From an uncultured Candidatus Actinomarina sp. (GTDB taxonomy: Bacteria > Actinomycetota > Acidimicrobiia > Actinomarinales > Actinomarinaceae), in contig CACAQC010000001.1 of NCBI GenBank assembly GCA_902534495.1, positions 13,174 through 77,173 of the forward strand: 64,000 bases of DNA. The letters are read 5' to 3'. The translations under genes were made by a program, and so were the position numbers. Every line of letters starts with the position of its first letter. Within the stretch, counting starts at the first letter, position 1. Below are positions 56,704-64,000 of this stretch, one piece after another. The notes under the pieces were generated by a model. That model worked only from the letters and a program-made list of their open reading frames with translations. It was not told where the DNA came from and did not search any database.

Positions 56704-57361
56704 ACAAACTCAATATATAATTTCCAACGGGAATTTGTTTGATTCCAAGTAAATTAATCCCAACTCCTACCAGCAATACACCACCAATCCCAGCTATAGA
56801 ATCAGACATAGTCTGATCGATTGATCCACCAATAGCTAAAGCGCATAAAGTAAAGAAGCCTTGGTATATCAAGATGGAAATCCCTGAATAACCTGCTCCT
56901 TTACCACCACTCGAAGTTAAAAACAAAACTAAGAAACAATCAAGTGCGGTTTTGATTAACAAAAGCTCAATGTTTCCCTCAACTACATCTAAGAATGGAC
57001 CCACAATTGCCAGTGGACCAGTAACCACTATTAATGAAGCAGCTAAGTAACTTTCAACAAACTTATTTTTTTCTCCTGCTCCTTTTTCAAATTTTTTATG
57101 AAGATATTCTCCAAAGCTCTTAATTCTTTCTTCAATTTTTAAATAAGTACCAATAATTGCGCCAATTAAAACAGCAAAAAGTGTAACTAAAAATTCTGGA
57201 CTTTTTAGCGATTCTCTAATTCCCAAAGTTAATACCAACAAACCAAGAGGCAGTAAATTATTTTCAAAGTTTTTAATTTCCTTTTTAATAAAAAATCTAC
57301 TTAATAGGCCTACACCAATTACTGCAAAAGAATTTATTAGGGTACCAATACCTGGAATCAT
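56678..57361 (-). CDS. DUF554 membrane protein
   Basis: GTLINS, GPLAIVG, LIKTALD, YQG. Confidence 0.85.
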   Translation of the reverse strand: MIPGIGTLINSFAVIGVGLLSRFFIKKEIKNFENNLLPLGLLVLTLGIRESLKSPEFLVTLFAVLIGAIIGTYLKIEERIKSFGEYLHKKFEKGAGEKNKFVESYLAASLIVVTGPLAIVGPFLDVVEGNIELLLIKTALDCFLVLFLTSSGGKGAGYSGISILIYQGFFTLCALAIGGSIDQTMSDSIAGIGGVLLVGVGINLLGIKQIPVGNYILSLFIPFFLTF

Positions 57362-57924
57362 TTATTTTTAAAATCGTTATGACTACGGCTTGGAGTAGGT
57401 CCCTCTTGTCCCTGATATTTGCTTCCGTATACTCCTGAACCATATTCGGATTCAGAAGGAGAATTTAAGTAATAGAAAGATATCTGACCTATTTTCATTT
57501 CAGGGTAAATTTTGATTGGTAAATTTGCTACATTTGAAAGCTCAAGTGTTAGATAGCCTGAAAAACCAGGGTCTACGAATCCTGCAGTCGAGTGAATTAA
57601 TAGCCCAATTCTACCTAGAGAACTTTTTCCTTCTAGCCTTGCAACTACTTTATTTGATAAAGTCACTTTTTCATATGTAGTTCCAAGAACAAATTCCCCT
57701 GGATGGAGAACAAACGGTTCATCAATTGTTGCAGTAACCAGAGTAGTTAAATCTTCTTGCTCTGCTTTTGGATCTATATGAGAATATTTATGGTTTTCAA
57801 ATACTCTAAATTCATTTCCAACTCTTAGATCTATACTTGAAGGCTGAATGTAAGCTTCGTCTAAAGGAGAAATCTCTATCTCGTTATTCTCAAGTGATTT
57901 TTTTATGTCTTTGTCTGATAACAT
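57358..57924 (-). CDS. dcd: dCTP deaminase
   Basis: [41 protein letters not shown]. Confidence 0.96.
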   Translation of the reverse strand: MLSDKDIKKSLENNEIEISPLDEAYIQPSSIDLRVGNEFRVFENHKYSHIDPKAEQEDLTTLVTATIDEPFVLHPGEFVLGTTYEKVTLSNKVVARLEGKSSLGRIGLLIHSTAGFVDPGFSGYLTLELSNVANLPIKIYPEMKIGQISFYYLNSPSESEYGSGVYGSKYQGQEGPTPSRSHNDFKNK

Positions 57925-57969
57925 TTAAACCTTTAGTTCTTTGAATATCATAACCTATTTTTAGTATTT

Positions 57970-58170
57970 TTATCTGTTTATTAAAGAAGCAATGGACCAG
58001 ATAGTAATTACAAGACCAACAATTGTTAAAAAAATTGTTCGTGTAAAAAAAATTTCAGTACCCTCTTTGTTTGACTTGACTAACGCCGCAACATTTCCAG
58101 CTACCATCGCTGCTCCAACACCAAGAAGAAGAAGAATTATTGTTAAATCTAGTGCAAATGGATCATTCAT
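57970..58170 (-). CDS. Small two-TM membrane protein
   Basis: 66-aa hydrophobic ORF, GAAMVAGN; TAATAT 5 nt upstream. Confidence 0.7.
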   Translation of the reverse strand: MNDPFALDLTIILLLLGVGAAMVAGNVAALVKSNKEGTEIFFTRTIFLTIVGLVITIWSIASLINR

Positions 58171-58192
58171 AACTTATATTATGATAATGAAT

Positions 58193-59038
58193 ATGATCGA
58201 ATCTAGTGAAGTGGTAAAAATATTTTTAGATTATGAAATTTCTAATATTAAAGATGAAAAAAAATACACCATTTCACCCTTAGATGGTATAACAAATAAT
58301 ACAGTTGTTGTAAGCGTTGATAATAAAAAGTTTGTTTTAAGAATTCCCGGAAAAAATCCAGACGTTATAAATAGAAAATCTGAAAAACTTAATTCTATTA
58401 GAGCTTATGAGGCTGGATTAACGCTTCCGTTTATACTTTTTGATGAAATTACTGGAATTAAAATTTCAGAATATTTCGACATATATACATATAAGCAACA
58501 AGATTTTAACAATAAAGAAATGCGGATGAATGCATTTTATATATTAAATGAATTGCACAATTCAGATTTGGTACTTGAAGAAAATTTTTCACCTCTTAAA
58601 GTTTTTCATAATATTGCAGACGCTTCTCACCCAGTAGAAAAAGACGCTATTGAAGTTGCTTCAAATGTTATTAAAAAGATAAATGAAATTGGAATTAACA
58701 ATGTACCGTGTCACCAAGATCTTTATCACGCAAATTTCGTAATCTATGAAAATAAAACAATTCTTATTGATTGGGAATACTCATCTATGGGAGATAGCTA
58801 CTTTGATTATGCAGACTTATTTTGGCAAAATGAATTTGATGATAACGACGAATTTAAAAAAAGTTCATTAATAGAAATAGGGATAGAGTCTGACGAAGAT
58901 ATTGAAAAATTTGAGTACTTTGAAATGCTCTCTATGATTACCTGGGGCCTATGGGCGCTAAGAAGGTCTCCAAATGATAATGATGGCTTAATGGCAATAA
59001 ATAATGCAATAAAATTAAGCAAAATTAAAAAACTTTGA
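58193..59038 (+). CDS. Choline/ethanolamine kinase (LicA/APH-like); start 58181-58193
   Basis: GITN, LRIPG, INRKSE, CHQDLYHAN, IDWEYS. Confidence 0.85.
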   Translation: MIESSEVVKIFLDYEISNIKDEKKYTISPLDGITNNTVVVSVDNKKFVLRIPGKNPDVINRKSEKLNSIRAYEAGLTLPFILFDEITGIKISEYFDIYTYKQQDFNNKEMRMNAFYILNELHNSDLVLEENFSPLKVFHNIADASHPVEKDAIEVASNVIKKINEIGINNVPCHQDLYHANFVIYENKTILIDWEYSSMGDSYFDYADLFWQNEFDDNDEFKKSSLIEIGIESDEDIEKFEYFEMLSMITWGLWALRRSPNDNDGLMAINNAIKLSKIKKL

Positions 59039-59109
59039 AAAGATTTTCAGTTAATGATGAGAATCAGTTAGAATTTCGCAGTTAGGAAAAAAGGAAAAAA
59101 ATTTAATTT

Positions 59110-59205
59110 ATGGGATCTTTGATTAAAAAAAGACGTAAGAAAATGTCAAAACATAAATATCGTAAACGTCGTAAATCAAATAGACATAAGAAGAAAAGCG
59201 TCTAG
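59110..59205 (+). CDS. 30S ribosomal protein bS22 / AURKAIP1-COX24 domain peptide (not in ORF track)
   Basis: MGSLIKKRRKKMSKHKYRKRRKSNRHKKKSV matches the MGSxIKKRRKxMxKxKxRK pattern. Confidence 0.88.
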   Translation: MGSLIKKRRKKMSKHKYRKRRKSNRHKKKSV

Positions 59206-60054
59206 TTAGAGTTCTCTCTCTTCATTCAAAAAGTCTTCAATCTGTTGGACTAAATTGTCTTCAGAGAAGTTGTCTTCAATACTAACTTCGGCTTCCTCAA
59301 GTTTAGAAACGTAGTCAGCTAGGTCTTGGGAGTTCTCCATTGCTTTACTTATTTTTAGTTCAAACTGCTGGCCTTCACTTTGTATGCCAGAGTCATCAAT
59401 ATCAATTTTTAATATCTCAGAAGTTTTGTTTAAAAGTGCACTCATCCCTTTAGGATATCCGCCACTACTTAGGTAATGCGGAACAGCAGCCCAAAGACCA
59501 GAAGTCTCAATTCCATTATCTCTTAATGACTGACCAACAACACTTGTTATGCCTGTTGGTCCTGAATAATTAGGGTTGAGTACATTAAAGCGAGAGTGAA
59601 ACGTTGGATCTCCACTTACACCGAAAATTGGAACAGGAAGTGTATGTGCTACTTGTCCAAAAAAAGCTCCTAAGGTAACAGCTTTTTTAACTCCGAGATC
59701 CAAAAGAGTTTCTGTAATATTTCTTGAATATTCTTTCCATCTCATTGATGGCTCTTCTCCAAAAACCAAAATCAAATCACTTTTGAGTTTGTAGTCTTCG
59801 ATGGAATAGAACGAAGTTTGGGGCCAATGAAAGTTCCTTTCACCAAAGTCTTTAACCTCAACAATCGGCCTTCTCATTTGATAGTTGTAATAAGAATCAG
59901 AATTTAGCTCTGCAAAAGGATCTACTTCATATGTGCAACTTAGATTCTCAACGCAGCCAGTTGCTGTATTTCCTGCATCACTCCATCCTTCAAAGGCAAG
60001 TATTGCTACAGGTTCTGATAAAAGTGGCTTTCTATACCAAACAACGTCTTCCAT
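59206..60054 (-). CDS. PAC2 family (proteasome assembly chaperone-like) protein
   Basis: AFEGWSDAG, RP, EPSMRW, HTLP, YSGPTGI, WAAVPHY, YVSKLE. Confidence 0.9.
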   Translation of the reverse strand: MEDVVWYRKPLLSEPVAILAFEGWSDAGNTATGCVENLSCTYEVDPFAELNSDSYYNYQMRRPIVEVKDFGERNFHWPQTSFYSIEDYKLKSDLILVFGEEPSMRWKEYSRNITETLLDLGVKKAVTLGAFFGQVAHTLPVPIFGVSGDPTFHSRFNVLNPNYSGPTGITSVVGQSLRDNGIETSGLWAAVPHYLSSGGYPKGMSALLNKTSEILKIDIDDSGIQSEGQQFELKISKAMENSQDLADYVSKLEEAEVSIEDNFSEDNLVQQIEDFLNEEREL

Positions 60055-60097
60055 AATGAAAGATTAATGTTTTAATAAATTTATCTAATATAAATTT

Positions 60098-62191
60098 TTA
60101 TAGTTTTCTTGATGAATTTAACACAACTGAAATGCTTGATAATGCCATCGCCAAAGCTGCTAAGTTTGGTGTAATTGCCCCAGACACAGCTAATGGAATC
60201 ATCGAGGTGTTGTAAACAAAAGCAAGGAATAGATTTTGATAGATTCTTCTTTTAGATTTTTTTGATAATTTAAAAATATCAGATATCGTGTCTAAACCTC
60301 CCTTGTGAATTAAAATATCCCCAGCTACTTGGGCTATTTGACTACTACTAGAGGTAGTTATACCAATATCTGCTTGTTTTATTGAAGGGGAATCATTTAC
60401 TCCATCTCCAACATATATAATTTTTTCTTCTAGTTGTTTATTTTTAATGAAGTCTAATTTTGCTTCTGGGGTTTTATTTGAATGATATTGTTTTACCCCA
60501 ATACTTTTAGCAAACTTTTCAACATTAACTTCTTTATCTCCAGATAGAATAATTATTTCTTTTTCATCTTTTAGTACATCTAAGAAATTTGACGATACGG
60601 ATACTTCTTCTTCCAAGTAGATGTAAATTTTTTCTTCGTCAATTTTAACAATGATTGAAGACTCGTTGGAATCTTTATTTTTTTCAATAATAATTTTTTT
60701 GTGATCGACTATTCCCTGTATGCCTAAGCCAGGAACTTCCTTAATATTATTAGCTTTAAGCAATTTCAAATCTCGTAATTCTGCTTCATAAACAATACTT
60801 CTTGCAATCGGATGCTGAGAGTAGTTTTCAAGACTTGCAATAATTTGCAAAATGGTATCTTCTTTTAGAGAAGAGTCGTTGTTTTCGATTTTTGATATTT
60901 TAAAAATACCAGAAGAAAGAGTGCCTGTTTTATCAAAAATAAGAGTATTTATATCACCAAATTTTTGTAAAATATCGAAATTTTTAAATAAGTATCCATC
61001 TTTTTTACTGAGAGTTGCAGTTTTAAACAACACTATTGGAGTTGCTAAGCCTAATGCACAAGGACATGCAATTACAAGAACTGCTATTGAATTTTTTAAG
61101 GCATCTAACAACGCAAAATCACTTATTAAGAATCTAAATAGAAAAGTCATAACACTAATTATTAGAACAATTGGAACAAAATATTGAGTAACTTTGTCCA
61201 ATGATTTTTGAATTTCTGGTTTAGTTGCTTGAGCCGTTCTAATTAATTCTTCAATTATGTTGTAAGTAGATTTCTGGTATGACTCTTGGACAGAGACTTT
61301 TATTGCACCATCTAGATTTATACTTCCACCTACAACCATATCTTTAGATTTTTTGACTAGAGGAATTGATTCTCCAGTTAATAAACTTTCGTCAACAGTT
61401 GTTGAGCCCTCTAAAACAACACCATCAACAGGAATAATTTCTCCAGGACTTACTTTAAATGAATCACCAACCACAACCTCTTTAATGGGCACTTCTAGAT
61501 GTTGTCCACTTCTTTCAACAATTAAAGTTTTAGGCATTTGACTTTTTATTGATTCAGATTCATTTACGGATTCTTCTATGACCTTATCTTCTATTGCTTT
61601 ACCAATTAAGATAAACGAAACTATGAAAGCACCAGTATCAAGAAACATTTTATTATTTGTGATTGATAAATCTGAACCAAGTACAGTGCTTGGTAATAAT
61701 GAAATAATAAGCGCGCTTAAGCTACCAATTGAAATTAGTGTATCCATATTAAAATCAAGATACTTAATTTTTTTAAAAGCAGAAATATGAAAATTTCTAC
61801 CGAGTATCAAAATAACAAATGATCCTATTGCATAAGATAAGACATCCAGTCCAGCCTCAAATATAAATCTAAGAATATAAGTTAGTACTAACGATAAGAA
61901 AGGTACAACAAATTTAAACTTAACTTTTTTGTTTGATCCAAGACTGTCTGCTTCTTTTGCTTTGTAACCAATAGTATTTACTTTCTTAATTAAATTATCA
62001 ACATCAAACCTTTCATTGTTTTTAATATCAACAATTGCAGATTTTAGAGGGAAGCTTACAGATACGTCCAGCACATCTTCTTCTTTTGAGATTACTCGCT
62101 CTATTCGGGCTGCACATGCAGCACATGTCATACCCTCAATGTCTAAATTTAGTGTGTTATTCTGACTGGACAACTGTGTAGCCTTGTTCAT
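60098..62191 (-). CDS. copA: Cu(+)-type P1B ATPase
   Basis: GMTCAAC, TGES, CPCALGLATP, DKTGT, HP, GDGVND, YN and MALSS. Confidence 0.92.
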   Translation of the reverse strand: MNKATQLSSQNNTLNLDIEGMTCAACAARIERVISKEEDVLDVSVSFPLKSAIVDIKNNERFDVDNLIKKVNTIGYKAKEADSLGSNKKVKFKFVVPFLSLVLTYILRFIFEAGLDVLSYAIGSFVILILGRNFHISAFKKIKYLDFNMDTLISIGSLSALIISLLPSTVLGSDLSITNNKMFLDTGAFIVSFILIGKAIEDKVIEESVNESESIKSQMPKTLIVERSGQHLEVPIKEVVVGDSFKVSPGEIIPVDGVVLEGSTTVDESLLTGESIPLVKKSKDMVVGGSINLDGAIKVSVQESYQKSTYNIIEELIRTAQATKPEIQKSLDKVTQYFVPIVLIISVMTFLFRFLISDFALLDALKNSIAVLVIACPCALGLATPIVLFKTATLSKKDGYLFKNFDILQKFGDINTLIFDKTGTLSSGIFKISKIENNDSSLKEDTILQIIASLENYSQHPIARSIVYEAELRDLKLLKANNIKEVPGLGIQGIVDHKKIIIEKNKDSNESSIIVKIDEEKIYIYLEEEVSVSSNFLDVLKDEKEIIILSGDKEVNVEKFAKSIGVKQYHSNKTPEAKLDFIKNKQLEEKIIYVGDGVNDSPSIKQADIGITTSSSSQIAQVAGDILIHKGGLDTISDIFKLSKKSKRRIYQNLFLAFVYNTSMIPLAVSGAITPNLAALAMALSSISVVLNSSRKL

Positions 62192-62366
62192 CTAACAGTT
62201 GAGATACATTTATCATGTCAAAATCAGAAGACGAGAATACCTCAACTGATTTCTTTTCAATATCAACTGAAACACTTTCTATAGATTCAACATTACTTAA
62301 TGTAGATTCAATCGTATCTTTGCAATGACCACAACTGATTTCAGGAACTGTAAATACAACATTCAT
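62157..62366 (-). CDS. copZ: Copper chaperone (HMA domain)
   Basis: ISCGHC, C-terminal GY; directly upstream of copA. Confidence 0.9.
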   Translation of the reverse strand: MNVVFTVPEISCGHCKDTIESTLSNVESIESVSVDIEKKSVEVFSSSDFDMINVSQLLDEQGYTVVQSE

Positions 62367-62399
62367 AATGATTTATATTAATACTTGGTGGGCTATAAA

Positions 62400-62425
62400 T
62401 AAGCCCCTAATTTCTTAGGGGCTTA
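62400..62425 (-). terminator. Hairpin, likely intrinsic terminator of the 62471-62665 gene
   Basis: 11-bp perfect stem TAAGCCCCTAA/TTAGGGGCTTA, 4-nt loop, followed by TTTAT on the minus strand. Confidence 0.65.
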
Positions 62426-62470
62426 CAAGAAATCTCTAGGGGGAGATTCCGTTAGGGGGGTATCTAAAAC

Positions 62471-62665
62471 TTAAGCAGTTTCTTGAAGAATCCTGCCTCT
62501 TACTCTAGGGTATTTCACCGGAGCATGATTGAAGCAGTGGTCTCTTTTGTTGTAAATACTTAATTGAGTACTGCAAGATTCGTCTTTACATACTCTGCCC
62601 TGATCAAAACTTTTTGATGGCCTAATTCCACCTTTTATTTGACTTGCTTTTAATCCGTCTGTCAT
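62471..62665 (-). CDS. Small basic protein with C3H putative Zn finger
   Basis: RVCKDESCSTQLSIYN....CFNH and PRVRGR; SD AAAGGA upstream. Confidence 0.75.
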   Translation of the reverse strand: MTDGLKASQIKGGIRPSKSFDQGRVCKDESCSTQLSIYNKRDHCFNHAPVKYPRVRGRILQETA

Positions 62666-62731
62666 TTTATTCCTTTATGTACTTTGTGAATATATTCACA
62701 AGCTTAGCATAAAGTATTTTAGAATACAACT

Positions 62732-64000
62732 TTAATTAAGCAAGTTCTTTTGAAATAAAAAAGCTTCATCATTCCATTTTCTACCTAGGAAGTTTTGAAC
62801 CATATTTTCTGCAGGTATAGTACCTCCGGGCTTGAGAATCTTGTTTTTGTAATCAATACCTACTGAATTTGAAAGTACTCCTTCTTTTTCAAATCTGCTG
62901 AACAAGTCATCTCCAATAATTTCTGCCCATAAGTACCCATAGTATGCAGCATCATACCCACCAAGTAAATGACCAAATGCTCCCAAATGATTAGTATCTT
63001 TGGGGTATGTGATATTCGTCACTAGCTGAGAAGTTTGTTCTATTTGTAAAAGATCATCATTGAAATTTTTACCATGCATATGTTGATCAGCAAGCCCAAA
63101 AGATACTTGCCTCAATGCCAACAAGCTAATTCCAATGTTTTTTGATTCGTTTAACTTTTCACACAACTGTTCATTTAATGGTTCTGATGATTCAATATGT
63201 TTTGAAATCCTTTTTAAGCACTCTACTTTCCAAACCCAGTGTTCCATAATTTGACTTGGAGCTTCCACAAAATCCCACTCACAATTTGCACCAACAAATC
63301 TTGTATATTTTGATTTACCAATTCCATTATGCAATACATGCCCAAATTCATGAAACAAGGTTTCAACTTCATCAAAAGTCATAAGTCCATCTCCTGTATT
63401 TGGGTTTGGAAAATTTGCGACCATTGAACACACTGGTAACTCTTGTCTTTCAGACCCACCAGAAGAGATATCAAATACTGCTGCATGAGTAAACTTTCCT
63501 TCTCTCGGATAAAGGTCTAAATAAAAGTAAGCTAACTTTTCACCATTTTTTTCCCATAAAGACCAAAGTTCAACATCTTCATGCCATGCAGTTTGATTTG
63601 ATTCCGATTTAATTTCCAAATCAAAAACTTCTTCACAAACTTTGAACATTTCGTTTTTTACGTCATGTATAAAAAAATATTTTTTTAATTCACTATTTTC
63701 TATATTGCTAGTTTTGCTTCTTTTCGATGAAATAAAATATCTAATATCCCATGGTGAGATATCATTAATTTCAATATCATCTATTACAAGTTCTCTCTTT
63801 TCTTTCTCAGCAGATTTTTGCAACTTGGGGATTAAATCCCTGTACATAGAATTAACATTTTTTGGATTTTTTGCCATTCTGTTTTGCAATCTATATTCAG
63901 CCCAGGTTTCAAATCCAAATAATTTAGATTTTTCATTTCTGAGTAGAACAGCCTCTTTAAGGATTGGAATATTATCTTTTACGGCCCGATTATTAAAAGC
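62732..64000 (-). CDS. M3 family oligopeptidase (thimet oligopeptidase-like), 5' end beyond window
   Basis: LDLYPREGK, FHEFGH, DFVEAPSQ, GYDAAYYGYLW; frame open to 64000. Confidence 0.93.
   Translation of the reverse strand, partial: AFNNRAVKDNIPILKEAVLLRNEKSKLFGFETWAEYRLQNRMAKNPKNVNSMYRDLIPKLQKSAEKEKRELVIDDIEINDISPWDIRYFISSKRSKTSNIENSELKKYFFIHDVKNEMFKVCEEVFDLEIKSESNQTAWHEDVELWSLWEKNGEKLAYFYLDLYPREGKFTHAAVFDISSGGSERQELPVCSMVANFPNPNTGDGLMTFDEVETLFHEFGHVLHNGIGKSKYTRFVGANCEWDFVEAPSQIMEHWVWKVECLKRISKHIESSEPLNEQLCEKLNESKNIGISLLALRQVSFGLADQHMHGKNFNDDLLQIEQTSQLVTNITYPKDTNHLGAFGHLLGGYDAAYYGYLWAEIIGDDLFSRFEKEGVLSNSVGIDYKNKILKPGGTIPAENMVQNFLGRKWNDEAFLFQKNLLN

Noticed and set aside
57992-58180. N-terminal extension of the choline kinase ORF
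   Set aside because: Antisense to the 57970-58170 membrane gene; kinase similarity begins after 58181
1047-61790. Numerous 60-180 aa antisense or alternate-frame ORFs (e.g. 4426-4827, 7458-7811, 12896-13426, 23523-23936, 55606-55989)
   Set aside because: Shadows of well-supported genes, Ser/Ile/Phe-rich, no motifs

Overview
AT-rich, densely packed bacterial chromosome segment spanning the replication origin. Gene content and order (trxB-cwlM-like, parBA-rsmG-jag-yidC-yidD-rnpA-rpmH, dnaA-dnaN-dciA-gyrB-gyrA-DUF3566, crgA, pknB-PP2C, serS-tadA-tRNA cluster, dnaX, ask-asd, PAC2, bS22) are actinobacterial. The low GC and streamlining suggest a Ca. Actinomarina-like marine Acidimicrobiia genome (inference). 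The window holds a perfect parS, a putative oriC with non-canonical DnaA boxes, six tRNAs, cobalamin and TPP riboswitches, and several small proteins missing from the ORF track. I found no rRNA, CRISPR array, transposase or integrase. The best candidate for an undescribed system is a MacAB-like (type VII ABC) exporter flanked by four paralogous acidic lipoproteins built from tandem two-cysteine domains (19.5-25.3 kb). Other notable points: an altered DnaA recognition helix paired with AACA-ending origin boxes, a TadA with a Cys-to-Asp zinc-ligand change, an atypical GyrA QRDR and histone-like N-terminal repeat, a DUF2090 aldolase paired with PPi-PFK, and apparently pervasive leaderless genes. 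All calls come from manual reading; no database searches were run.
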